From Methermicoccus shengliensis DSM 18856 (GTDB taxonomy: Archaea; Halobacteriota; Methanosarcinia; DSM-18856; Methermicoccaceae), in contig NZ_KL543983.1 of the NCBI RefSeq assembly GCF_000711905.1, positions 140,378 to 172,377 on the forward strand: 32,000 nt of DNA. The letters are read 5' to 3'. Positions 9,154-16,556 of the stretch are shown here, one piece after another; within the stretch, counting starts at the first letter, position 1; each line of letters starts with the position of its first letter. Under the pieces are notes generated by a model, which saw nothing but the letters and a program-made list of their open reading frames with translations, was not told the DNA's origin and ran no database searches. The position numbers were made by a program, and so were the translations under genes.

Positions 9154-9498
9154 CTACAGCAGCTTCAGGTCCCGGGTGAGCACATCTATGCGCTCTGCCT
9201 CTGCTGGCCCTATTCCGAGGGCAGTGAGCGTGTTTGGGGGAAGCTGTGTGAGTCCTGCATCGTGCACGAGGGCACAGGGAAGTCCAAGGCGCCTTGCCTC
9301 CTCATACAGCTCCAGCAGCTCTTTTTCACCTCTCACCTTCACCACTATCTTCTTCTGCCCCTCTGCGAGCCACCGCCTTCTTGCGGCTGAGGATGCCTGC
9401 TCGAATGCGGCAATCGCCGCATGGGCAGCCTGTGCCGCCATCTTTCCCTTGCCCATGTCGAGGTCAGTTCGTATCACGATGCACTGCTTGTACTCCAC
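9154..9498 (-). CDS. pth2: Peptidyl-tRNA hydrolase, archaeal/eukaryotic Pth2 type
   Basis: 114 aa. The Pth2 signature is present throughout (KQCIVIRTDLDMGKGKMAAQAAHAA...KIVVKV...VHDAGLTQLPPNTLTALGIGP). Confidence 0.9.
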   Translation of the reverse strand: MEYKQCIVIRTDLDMGKGKMAAQAAHAAIAAFEQASSAARRRWLAEGQKKIVVKVRGEKELLELYEEARRLGLPCALVHDAGLTQLPPNTLTALGIGPAEAERIDVLTRDLKLL

Positions 9499-10986
9499 TC
9501 ACTCGACCCTCCTGTAGTGCCTCCACTCCCCAGCCATCACCCTCGGGATGCGGGGGAGCAGGTCTGTGGCGAGCAGGCTGTATCCTCCCTCCAGCCTCGC
9601 CATGTCCCCAGCGGCCCCGTTGATGAACGCGGCGGCGCACGCAGCCTCGAAGGGCGATGTCCTGCACAGAAGCGCTCCAGTGATGCCCGCGAGCACATCC
9701 CCAGTGCCCCCCACCGCCATCGCACCATTGCCAGTGATGTTGAGCCTCGTCCTCCTCCCATCGGACACCACGTCCACCGCCCCCTTGGAGAGCACCACCA
9801 CTCCAAGGGACGTGCAGAGGTCGCGTATCAGCCCGCAGCGGGCATCGAGGTCGGTGGGCATCTTCCTGCCGACGATGGCAGCCAGCTCCCCCATGTGGGG
9901 GGTGAGCACCACATCTCCCTCGAACAGCGTGTCCTCGTGCACCACCTTAAGAGCATCGGCATCGAGCACCGCCCGCCCGCACATCGGCAAGAGCTCCTCC
10001 ACCGCATCGAGCGTCTCTGCATCCCTTCCGAGCCCGTTGCCCACCACCACCACATCGTGCCGCTCTATCAGCTCCTCTATCTCTGGCAGATGCTCGCAGC
10101 AGAGCACATCACCCTCGAGGGGCCGCACGATGAGGTCCGGGCTGAACGACGCTATACTCCCGCTCACAGAGGAGGGCGTGGCGACTGTCACGAGGTCTGC
10201 CCCTGCCCGAAGTGCTGCAAGCCCCACGAGTGCTGGCGCCCCCGTATACGGTCCCCCTCCTATCACCAGCACCCTGCCGTTCTGTCCCTTGTGTCCTCTC
10301 TTTGCCGAAGGAAGGGCGGCGTGCATGTCCCCGGGCCCTATGAGCTGCTCCATACTGGGAGAGATGCCTATAGGAACGACCACCACCTCTCCAGTGTAGC
10401 GCCCGGCATCGGGGTTCGAGAACCCCCTCTTGGGGGCGTGCAGGGTGAGCGTCATGTCTGCCCTCACCGCCACATCTGCCCTTCCGGTGTCGGGGTCGAG
10501 CCCGCTGGGGATGTCCACCGCCACCACGAACGCATGACAGGTGTTGATGAGCTCGATGGCACTCCTCACGGGCTCCCTTGGTGCCCCATGGGCACCCGTG
10601 CCCAGCATGGCATCCACCACCACCTCGAACTCTTCCATGGATACATCCGAGAGCTGCGAGGAGTCCGTGATGGGTACGATGCTCACCCTTCCCCTCTCTG
10701 CCTCGAGGGTGAGCAGCTCGAGGTTGCGCCTTGCGGCATCGCTCGCCATGCTCCTGCCGAGCAGGAACACCGTAATCTCGTGCTCTGTGAGGTGCCTTGC
10801 AGCAACGAGCCCGTCCCCACCGTTGTTGCCCGTCCCGGCAAACACGGCAAGCCTTCCCCTCGGAAATCGTCTGGCAATCTCCCTCGCAATACCAGCCCCA
10901 GCGTTCTCCATGAGCAGGGGCGTATCCAGCCCGAAGAACGCACAGTTCTCGTCCAGCCTTCTCACATCCTCAGAGGACATATACAT
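9499..10986 (-). CDS. nnr: Bifunctional NAD(P)H-hydrate repair enzyme (YjeF_N epimerase + ADP-dependent dehydratase)
   Basis: The N-terminal YjeF_N pattern is VFAGTGNNGGDGLVAARHL. The C-terminal carbohydrate-kinase-type dehydratase motifs are GHKGQNGRVLVIGGGPYTGAPAL and GNGAMAVGGTGDVLAG. The track start is 10998. ATG 10986 or 10980 fits better with the TATA box at 11016-11025. Confidence 0.85.
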   Translation of the reverse strand: MYMSSEDVRRLDENCAFFGLDTPLLMENAGAGIAREIARRFPRGRLAVFAGTGNNGGDGLVAARHLTEHEITVFLLGRSMASDAARRNLELLTLEAERGRVSIVPITDSSQLSDVSMEEFEVVVDAMLGTGAHGAPREPVRSAIELINTCHAFVVAVDIPSGLDPDTGRADVAVRADMTLTLHAPKRGFSNPDAGRYTGEVVVVPIGISPSMEQLIGPGDMHAALPSAKRGHKGQNGRVLVIGGGPYTGAPALVGLAALRAGADLVTVATPSSVSGSIASFSPDLIVRPLEGDVLCCEHLPEIEELIERHDVVVVGNGLGRDAETLDAVEELLPMCGRAVLDADALKVVHEDTLFEGDVVLTPHMGELAAIVGRKMPTDLDARCGLIRDLCTSLGVVVLSKGAVDVVSDGRRTRLNITGNGAMAVGGTGDVLAGITGALLCRTSPFEAACAAAFINGAAGDMARLEGGYSLLATDLLPRIPRVMAGEWRHYRRVE

Positions 10987-11015
10987 GCCTGACCCCATGT
11001 GGTATCATCGCCACC

Positions 11016-11025
11016 TTATTATATA
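11016..11025. promoter_or_regulatory. Shared bidirectional TATA element (TTATTATATA) between nnr and the polyprenyl synthase gene
   Basis: This is the only A/T-rich element in the ~50-nt divergent spacer. It lies ~25-30 nt from ATG 11048 on the plus strand and ~30-35 nt from ATG 10986/10980 on the minus strand, consistent with leaderless or short-leader archaeal transcripts. Confidence 0.45.
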
Positions 11026-11047
11026 GGTGCACCCCCACTTACTCGGG

Positions 11048-11896
11048 ATGAGCGCCACCAGCATAGCCAGCATGTGCCGCACCGAGCTATGTGCAATAGA
11101 GCGCAGGCTCCTCGAGGTGGTGGATGAGCTCGATGCCCCAGGGCTCGTAAAAATAGCCCGCTATGCCATCACATCTGGCGGCAAGCGGACCCGCCCCCTG
11201 ATGCTCATCCTCACGGGTGAACTATTTGGATGCGAGATGGAGCGCACCCTCGATGCAGCGGTGGCAGTGGAGCTCATGCACACCGCCTCGCTGGTGCACG
11301 ACGACATCGTGGATGAGGGGGTGTGGCGCAGGGGAAAGCACACCACAAACCACACCTTCGGCACCGATGCGGCGATGCTCTGTGGGGACATGATGATATG
11401 TGCGAGCATGGAGCTGTTGAGTGCATACGAGCCCGAGGTGATGCACACCTTCTCGAGGGCCGGGGTGAGCATGGCAGAGGGAGAGCTTCTCGACGTCTCG
11501 GGCATCACCTCGGAAGAGGCGTACCTTGAGTGCATACAGAGAAAGACTGCATCACTGTTCTCTGCTGCGTGCACGATGGGAGCGCTGATAGCCCGTGCAT
11601 CACCACGCTGCGTGGAGGCATGCGAGCGCATGGGATGGCACGTGGGCATGGGCTACCAGATGGTGGACGACCTGAGAGAGCACATGGGTGCACACACCGA
11701 CAAGCTGTCCTTGAGGCAGCACCCCACGCCGCTCGGAGAAGGAGACAACATCACGCCAGAGGTGGTGCGCTGGCATGAGCAGCGGGCGCTGATGCTGCTG
11801 GATGCTCTGGAGTGCTCGAACTCAGATGCCCGCAGCAAGCTCACCCACCTGATACACGGGCTCACCACCGAGATGATCGAAAAGAGTCAGCAGTGA
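11048..11896 (+). CDS. trans-Polyprenyl diphosphate synthase family protein (GGPP synthase-like) with an atypical second Asp-rich motif
   Basis: GGKRTRPLM, then the first Asp-rich motif LVHDDIVDEGVWRRG. The second motif reads MVDDLRE instead of DDxxD, and the usual GK...D...GK.T block after it is not recognisable. ATG 11048 is preferred over the track's GTG 11027 because the TATA box ends only ~2 nt before 11027. Confidence 0.7.
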   Translation: MSATSIASMCRTELCAIERRLLEVVDELDAPGLVKIARYAITSGGKRTRPLMLILTGELFGCEMERTLDAAVAVELMHTASLVHDDIVDEGVWRRGKHTTNHTFGTDAAMLCGDMMICASMELLSAYEPEVMHTFSRAGVSMAEGELLDVSGITSEEAYLECIQRKTASLFSAACTMGALIARASPRCVEACERMGWHVGMGYQMVDDLREHMGAHTDKLSLRQHPTPLGEGDNITPEVVRWHEQRALMLLDALECSNSDARSKLTHLIHGLTTEMIEKSQQ

Positions 11897-11916
11897 GACC
11901 GAAGAAACACTCTGAC

Positions 11917-11935
11917 AAAAAATCGAGTAAAAAAA
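11917..11935 (-). terminator. Oligo-T tracts (T7 and T6 on the minus strand) downstream of mtd
   Basis: Plus-strand A6 (11917-11922) and A7 (11929-11935) lie 18-36 nt past the mtd stop codon. Archaeal RNA polymerase terminates at oligo-T stretches. Confidence 0.5.
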
Positions 11936-11952
11936 GGACTCATTCGAGCCCT

Positions 11953-12783
11953 TCACTGTGGCTTCTCGTACAGCTTCATCTTGGAGAGCGTCTCTCCGCT
12001 CTTGGCATGGGGCATTCTGGAGACTTCATCCAGCGTCTTTTCAATCTCTCTGGATTCCTCGGCGAGCTTGGCTGCGATGCGCATCATCTCATGTCCTGCG
12101 GCTGCTGCGAGCACGATGTCCTCGATGTCCTTGTACACAAAGCACGCCTTGAACGTGAGGTCTGGCACCTTGGAGGCGATGTGAGCTGCTGCCATCGCCT
12201 TTGCCCTGGCATAGGGATTGGAGAAGTTCATCCTCTCGGTGCACTTCTCTGGCGTCACGAGGATGTGGGGAAGCTCGAGCTCCTTACCGCTCTTGCCGGC
12301 GTCCACCTGCGCAATTACCTTGTCCAGCTCCTCCTTCACCAGCCTGGACACCCCTGTGAGGCTGAGCACCTTGAGCACGTCCGAGTTGAACGATATCATC
12401 TCGGTGGCATCGAGGAACTGCCGCTTTGCACCAATCAGCGGGTCCATCGGGATGATGATGTACCCAAAGCCAGCCTCCTCTATCGCCTTTCGGTCGTCCT
12501 TCTTGGTGGGCCCATCGGATATCACGATTGTGGGTGTGTCGCTCCAAATCTCGCGCGCCTTGGTGGGTCCGGGAGCCATCGCATTCGGGCTTATGATGAT
12601 GACGAAGTCTGGACCCCACTGCTTGAGCTCGGCAGACTCCTCTGCCTCCTTGGGCGTCATCTTGGCTCCACTTCCGAGCACCCTCACCTCTATGCCCTCT
12701 CGCTGGGCAATCTCGTCGAGCAGCAAGTCGATGCCCTGAGAGGTTCCCAGATTTCCGAGCTTTACAAACCCTACCTTGGCCAT
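11953..12783 (-). CDS. mtd: F420-dependent methylenetetrahydromethanopterin dehydrogenase
   Basis: Mtd-specific blocks appear along the whole length: MAKVGFVKLGNLGTS, ISPNAMAPGPTKAREI, GYIIIPMDPLIGAKRQFLD, NPYARAKAMAAAHIA, AAAGHEMMRIAAKLAEE, and PHAKSGETLSKMK. I place the start at ATG 12783 (the track start is GTG 12795). Confidence 0.85.
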   Translation of the reverse strand: MAKVGFVKLGNLGTSQGIDLLLDEIAQREGIEVRVLGSGAKMTPKEAEESAELKQWGPDFVIIISPNAMAPGPTKAREIWSDTPTIVISDGPTKKDDRKAIEEAGFGYIIIPMDPLIGAKRQFLDATEMISFNSDVLKVLSLTGVSRLVKEELDKVIAQVDAGKSGKELELPHILVTPEKCTERMNFSNPYARAKAMAAAHIASKVPDLTFKACFVYKDIEDIVLAAAAGHEMMRIAAKLAEESREIEKTLDEVSRMPHAKSGETLSKMKLYEKPQ

Positions 12784-12874
12784 AGAATCACACACGAGAG
12801 TTATCCAGCAGGTTTATAGCTCTTTTGCATCTCCATGGGCAATGCTTATATACTGGAAGGTGCTCTATCGTTGA

Positions 12875-12934
12875 GTAATACGTATACTATGTTTAATAAC
12901 ATCTGGTGTTATTAAACCACTGTATATGTATTAC
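12875..12934. repeat. Long AT-rich interrupted inverted repeat (13 bp + 11 bp stems, 5-nt loop)
   Basis: GTAATACGTATAC (12875-12887) pairs with GTATATGTATTAC (12922-12934), with one G-T wobble. The inner perfect palindrome is GTTTAATAACA (12891-12901) / TGTTATTAAAC (12907-12917), around the loop TCTGG. Confidence 0.8.
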
Positions 12935-12943
12935 GTCAGACAA

Positions 12944-12965
12944 GTCCGCCACTCCTCGGGCGGAC
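12944..12965. other. GC-rich hairpin GTCCGCC-(8 nt)-GGCGGAC
   Basis: A perfect 7-bp stem read directly from the sequence. It lies ~120 nt 3' of the bpsA stop on the minus strand, within a GC-rich patch (12940-13080) flanked by AT-rich sequence. Confidence 0.6.
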
Positions 12966-13020
12966 ACCCCTCCATTTTCAAGGCAGGCACTGGTCGTGCA
13001 CCCCCGGCAAGGATAAGCTG

Positions 13021-13080
13021 AAGTTGATTCTTCCCTTATCGGCGGAAATCTCCATGCGAAAGCTGGGAGTGGTTCACTGA
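13021..13080. repeat. Copy C of the intergenic sequence family; left member of the direct repeat bracketing bpsA-speH
   Basis: Modules AAGTTGATTC (13021-13030), TATCGGCGGAA (13037-13047) and GGGAGTGGTTCACT (13065-13078) occur in the same order and orientation as in copy B. It also contains a hairpin capped by GCGAAAGC (GNRA tetraloop in plus orientation) at ~13050-13069. The sequence was checked against the translation of track ORF 12893-13084. Confidence 0.6.
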
Positions 13081-14097
13081 TCAATAGGGAGTGGCCCAGC
13101 TTTCCCCGTCCTTGTAAACTTGTTCGTCTATAATCATTTCCCCCTCAACGAGTGGTTTCGGCTCTTTAACAGCTTCAATTCTGAGGAAGCTGGACTTGTA
13201 CCAGTTGTAATCTATTCTGGCACCAAGACTTTTCACGATCGGAAGCTTGTGCTGGAATCTGAAGAAGTTCTTCTCCTCTTCGGGATATACACTGAATTTT
13301 CTTCTGATGTCCGTTATCACAAACCCCATGTCATGGACCATCCTCTGAATTTCGTACCATTTTCTGCGAGAGGCCTCGAGGGTGGTGAGGCCAAAATAGG
13401 CTGAGCAACCCACACCTCTGAGAGTTGAAACGCCCCGCGAAAGGAACAGCCTCAAACCGGGTATGGTCTCAACGGGATCTGTAACAAACACATCAAATTT
13501 CTTTTTGAGCTCTTTGGGAAAAGCCGACTGAACGTCGTAGATCATGGCCTCAACGTTGAGCGAGTGTTCATCTGCAACCTTATTTATGAAATCTATCAGC
13601 CTGTCGTCGATATCGACCACAAACACCTTTTCCGGCATTCCAGTAAGCGAGGCGGCGATGCTGAACAGGTCGTCATCTCCAACCACAAATATTCTGCCAT
13701 TAAGGTCCCCCCTTTCGTAAACGAACTCGAGCCTCCTCAACACACCTTCCTGGCCTATGAACCCCTGATCGTATTTTTCCACAGCCTCAGGTCTGTTTTT
13801 TGCAATCTTCCCATATTTTTCAAGAATCTGTTTGAAAAACTCTGGAATCGCGTAACCGGTCCCCTCACAGCAACTGCATGTAAGCCCCTCAACATACCTT
13901 AACCCCCTGCTAACCTCCTTTCCCCTTTCCGTCAATCCGGCTCTACCGTCCCTGAGGTATATCAGCCCATCATTCCTCAGCCCGCTCACCACCTCAAGGA
14001 ACTCGTTGAGCGACGCGTCCTGAGAGTCTATGAGCCTGTACACGCTAATCTCCCCGCCCAGAAGAGTTTGTAGAATCTGTCTTTCAATCCTGTCCAT
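13081..14097 (-). CDS. bpsA: N4-bis(aminopropyl)spermidine synthase family protein (branched-chain polyamine synthase, DUF43/BpsA-like)
   Basis: 338 aa. It has an N-terminal winged-helix-like region and a CxCC/GTG cluster (LTCSCCEGTGY). The methyltransferase-fold aminopropyltransferase core is IFVVGDDDLFSIAASL...VFVVDIDDRLI...FDVFVTDPVET, as I recall for the Thermococcus kodakarensis BpsA (TK1691) family. It lies 6 nt downstream of speH. Confidence 0.7.
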   Translation of the reverse strand: MDRIERQILQTLLGGEISVYRLIDSQDASLNEFLEVVSGLRNDGLIYLRDGRAGLTERGKEVSRGLRYVEGLTCSCCEGTGYAIPEFFKQILEKYGKIAKNRPEAVEKYDQGFIGQEGVLRRLEFVYERGDLNGRIFVVGDDDLFSIAASLTGMPEKVFVVDIDDRLIDFINKVADEHSLNVEAMIYDVQSAFPKELKKKFDVFVTDPVETIPGLRLFLSRGVSTLRGVGCSAYFGLTTLEASRRKWYEIQRMVHDMGFVITDIRRKFSVYPEEEKNFFRFQHKLPIVKSLGARIDYNWYKSSFLRIEAVKEPKPLVEGEMIIDEQVYKDGESWATPY

Positions 14098-14103
14098 TTT
14101 TCA

Positions 14104-14451
14104 TCATCCCCTGCTGAGAACATAATCTCTGTACGATTTTGGTTTGAACTTCTGGAGGAATAATTTAAAAGCTTTCTCTGCTTTATCTATATCACCACAC
14201 GTAAAGACATCAAGGTTTACAAGTTCATATTCGGGCCAGGTGTGGATGGAAACGTGGCTTTCAGAAATTAAAACGATTCCCGTCACGCCATGAGGATTGA
14301 ATTGCTTGTACACACTGCCAACTTTTGTCAATCCAGCCTCGTCGATCACCTCCTCCACGATCTGGCGTACTCCTTCTTCCTTCGCAATGAGTTCCTTGGG
14401 CACTCCATAGAGCTCGGCAATAATGTGCTTCCCCACTATCATTGTCCCCAT
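14104..14451 (-). CDS. speH: S-adenosylmethionine decarboxylase proenzyme, pyruvoyl type (class 1)
   Basis: GKHIIAELYGV is followed by the self-cleavage and active-site block VLISESHVSIHTWPEY. I place the start at ATG 14451 (MGTMIVGKH), preceded by the SD-like GGGGTGAAAAGG. The track's TTG 14538 would add 29 residues that I do not recall in this family. Confidence 0.85.
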   Translation of the reverse strand: MGTMIVGKHIIAELYGVPKELIAKEEGVRQIVEEVIDEAGLTKVGSVYKQFNPHGVTGIVLISESHVSIHTWPEYELVNLDVFTCGDIDKAEKAFKLFLQKFKPKSYRDYVLSRG

Positions 14452-14609
14452 CCTTTTCACCCCAATCTCAACTCGAATTTTAACCAGTTTTCCTGCTTTC
14501 AGATTTGATTTCATATTGTTGCTTACTATTTTTCGCAATCAATGATTTCCACTGGAGTGACTAAGCGGGGTTTTAGGCGAATTAATTTTTAAATTTCTCG
14601 CTGGATTTA

Positions 14610-14772
14610 AAGTTGATTCAGTTATTTAATCTATCGGCGGGAAGCCCCCTTCCGAATAAGGGTAGTTCAGGGAGTAGTTCACTATGATGAGCATCGATAG
14701 CGCTTACGCCCTCACGGCCGTGTGCACCGACGAGAGCGGAGGCACCGTGTTCAGCACACACTGATTCCGCCG
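14610..14772. repeat. Copy B of the intergenic sequence family; right member of the direct repeat bracketing bpsA-speH
   Basis: AAGTTGATTC (14610-14619), CTATCGGCGGGAAG (14631-14644) and GGGAGTAGTTCACT (14670-14683). There is long-range complementarity between CGGCGGGAA (14635-14643) and TTCCGCCG (14765-14772). Overlapping alternative hairpins GGAAG/CTTCC and CCCTT/AAGGG lie at 14640-14664. Confidence 0.6.
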
Positions 14773-14909
14773 GGGGTATTATGAGCACGAGGACTTTACC
14801 CTGAAGTCGAGTACTCGCCTGAGACCAGAGATGGGGACGACCCCCGTGCTGATTTTGACTCACCACCATAGAAAACCTTTTTTCCCTTGTGTGATGGAGA
14901 TATATCACT

Positions 14910-15527
14910 GTGCGGGGAGTGCCGATATGTATCGTGCTCATGGTGGTATTTGCCTCCATGGGCTGCATCCAAGGGGATGATGGTATGAGTGGCGAGGAAA
15001 AAAAGGGCAGGGTAGTGATGGTAATCGCACCACAGGATTTTAGAGACGAAGAGCTGCTCGTGCCCAAGCGGGCACTGGAGGCTGCTGGGTTTGACACAGT
15101 CGTGGCGAGCACGCGCAAGGGGGAGGCAGTGGGGATGCTGGGTGCGAGGGTGAGCGTTGATGCCACGATAGATGAGCTCGACCCTTCCCAGTATGATGGA
15201 ATAGTGGTGGTTGGGGGCTCTGGTACCAGAGAATACCTATGGGGGAATGCGCAGCTGCACGAGCTCATCAGGGCATTCTTTGCCCAGAATAAGACAGTTG
15301 GAGCGATATGCCTCGCACCCGTGGTGCTGGCAGAAGCTGGGGTGCTCGATGGAAAGAGGGCCACCGTGTTTCCAGATAGCGAGGCGATATCGGAGCTTGA
15401 GGAAGGTGGGGCGAGCTATGTGCGAAGTCCTGTGGTGTTGTCTGGGGGCGTAATTACCGCAGAGGGTCCAAAGGCTGCCGAGAGCTTTGCAGCCGAACTC
15501 ATCCACGACCTCGAGGAGAGAGCATGA
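14910..15527 (+). CDS. DJ-1/PfpI family protein with a predicted lipoprotein-type signal peptide
   Basis: The class I glutamine amidotransferase-like fold is indicated by VVMVIAPQDFRDEEL, GIVVVGGSG and the nucleophile elbow VGAICLAPVVLA. The N-terminus MRGVPICIVLMVVFASMGC is hydrophobic and ends in a lipobox-like Cys. GTG 14910 is the track start. ATG at codon 26 (MSGEEKKG...) would give a cytosolic form. Confidence 0.75.
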   Translation: MRGVPICIVLMVVFASMGCIQGDDGMSGEEKKGRVVMVIAPQDFRDEELLVPKRALEAAGFDTVVASTRKGEAVGMLGARVSVDATIDELDPSQYDGIVVVGGSGTREYLWGNAQLHELIRAFFAQNKTVGAICLAPVVLAEAGVLDGKRATVFPDSEAISELEEGGASYVRSPVVLSGGVITAEGPKAAESFAAELIHDLEERA

Positions 15528-16531
15528 AGGTGGGTATCATTGGGGCCTCTGGGTACACGGGAGGAGAGCTGCTGAGACTTCTCCTGATGCATCCGAGGGT
15601 GAAGGTGGAGTGTGCCACATCGAGAAGGTTTGAGGAAAAGCCCCTTGCCAGCGTGCACTCCCATCTTTCGGGCTTCACGGATGCTGTGTTCGAAAACCTC
15701 ACACCTCGGGAGGTGGCAGACAGGTGTGATTTGGTGTTCACGGCAGTGCCCCATGGAGCTGCCATGAAGGTGGTCCCAGAGCTGGTGGAGGCTGGTGTGA
15801 AAGTGATAGACCTCAGTGCAGACTATCGGCTTCCAAGGGAGACGTTCGAGAAGGTATATGGCATGGTGCACATTGCCCCCATGGAGGCGGTGTTCGGGCT
15901 GTGCGAGCTGCATCCAGAGGTGGCGAGTGCCACGCTGTGTGCCAATCCAGGCTGCTATCCCACCGGCGCGGTGCTGGCAGCGGCGCCTCTCGTGGCACAG
16001 GGCGTCGTGGAGAGGGTGGTGTTTGACTCAAAGAGTGGAATAAGCGGGGCTGGGGCAGAGCCCACGAGTGCCACTCACTATCCAAACGTGGCTCAGAATG
16101 TGGTTGCATACAGACTCACCACCCACCGCCATCTCGCTGAGATGCGGATGGAGCTTTCAAGGCTGTTCGAGGGAACGAAGGTGAGCTTCACACCGCATGT
16201 GATACCCTCGGTCAGGGGCATTCTCACCACTGCCCACGTGTTCGTGAGGGAGTCATTGAGTTCAGAGGACATCCGTGGGTATTACGAGGCTTTCTATGAG
16301 GATAAGCCATTCATACGGCTGCTGGACACCATCCCCACCCTCTCGGCTGTGAGGGGCTCCAACTTTTGCGACATTGGCTTTGAGGTCGAAAAGGGCACTG
16401 ACCGCATAGTGGTGGTCTCTGCCATAGATAACCTCGTGAAGGGGGCCTCTGGTCAGGCTGTGCAGAACATGAACCTCATGAGTGGCTTCGATGAGGTGGA
16501 AGGGCTGTGGAACATTCCCGTATCTCCATAG
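15524..16531 (+). CDS. argC: N-acetyl-gamma-glutamyl-phosphate reductase (ArgC/LysY family)
   Basis: GIIGASGYTGGELLRLL is the NAD(P) binding motif and ANPGCYPTGA holds the catalytic Cys. The C-terminal motif is IDNLVKGASGQAVQNMNLM. The ATG overlaps the DJ-1 stop as ATGA. Confidence 0.85.
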   Translation: MKVGIIGASGYTGGELLRLLLMHPRVKVECATSRRFEEKPLASVHSHLSGFTDAVFENLTPREVADRCDLVFTAVPHGAAMKVVPELVEAGVKVIDLSADYRLPRETFEKVYGMVHIAPMEAVFGLCELHPEVASATLCANPGCYPTGAVLAAAPLVAQGVVERVVFDSKSGISGAGAEPTSATHYPNVAQNVVAYRLTTHRHLAEMRMELSRLFEGTKVSFTPHVIPSVRGILTTAHVFVRESLSSEDIRGYYEAFYEDKPFIRLLDTIPTLSAVRGSNFCDIGFEVEKGTDRIVVVSAIDNLVKGASGQAVQNMNLMSGFDEVEGLWNIPVSP

Positions 16532-16556
16532 GGAGCGTATCAGGCAGGGGTGTGGC

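Noticed and set aside
8347-9390. Long antisense ORFs in the track opposite strongly supported genes (8347-9390+, 9421-10992+, 9548-10399+, 11812-12819+, 14618-15364-, 16476-17417-, 16262-16933-, 17870-18580+, 30614-31426-, 5675-6199- and similar)
   Set aside because: These are typical shadow ORFs of high-GC DNA. Their compositions are low-complexity (Ser/Arg/His/Pro-rich), they contain no recognisable motifs, and each lies fully opposite a gene with clear family signatures.
13041-13050. Apparent 1-nt inconsistency between my letter count in printed line 13021 (GGCGGGAAAT) and the ORF track (ORFs 12893-13084, 13081-14097 and 13120-13404 require GGCGGAAAT and stop/start codons one position lower)
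   Set aside because: I treat it as my misreading of a homopolymer run rather than a frameshift or pseudogene. The three supplied translations agree with each other and with an intact 338-aa bpsA.
14545-14557. CTCCAGTGGAAAT on the minus strand, resembling the dyad core of archaeal origin recognition boxes (ORB/mini-ORB) as I remember them
   Set aside because: It is a single copy. There is no second inverted ORB, no extended AT-rich unwinding element bracketed by repeats, and no orc1/cdc6 gene in the window. A 12-13-mer match from memory is weak. It is more likely part of the speH leader.
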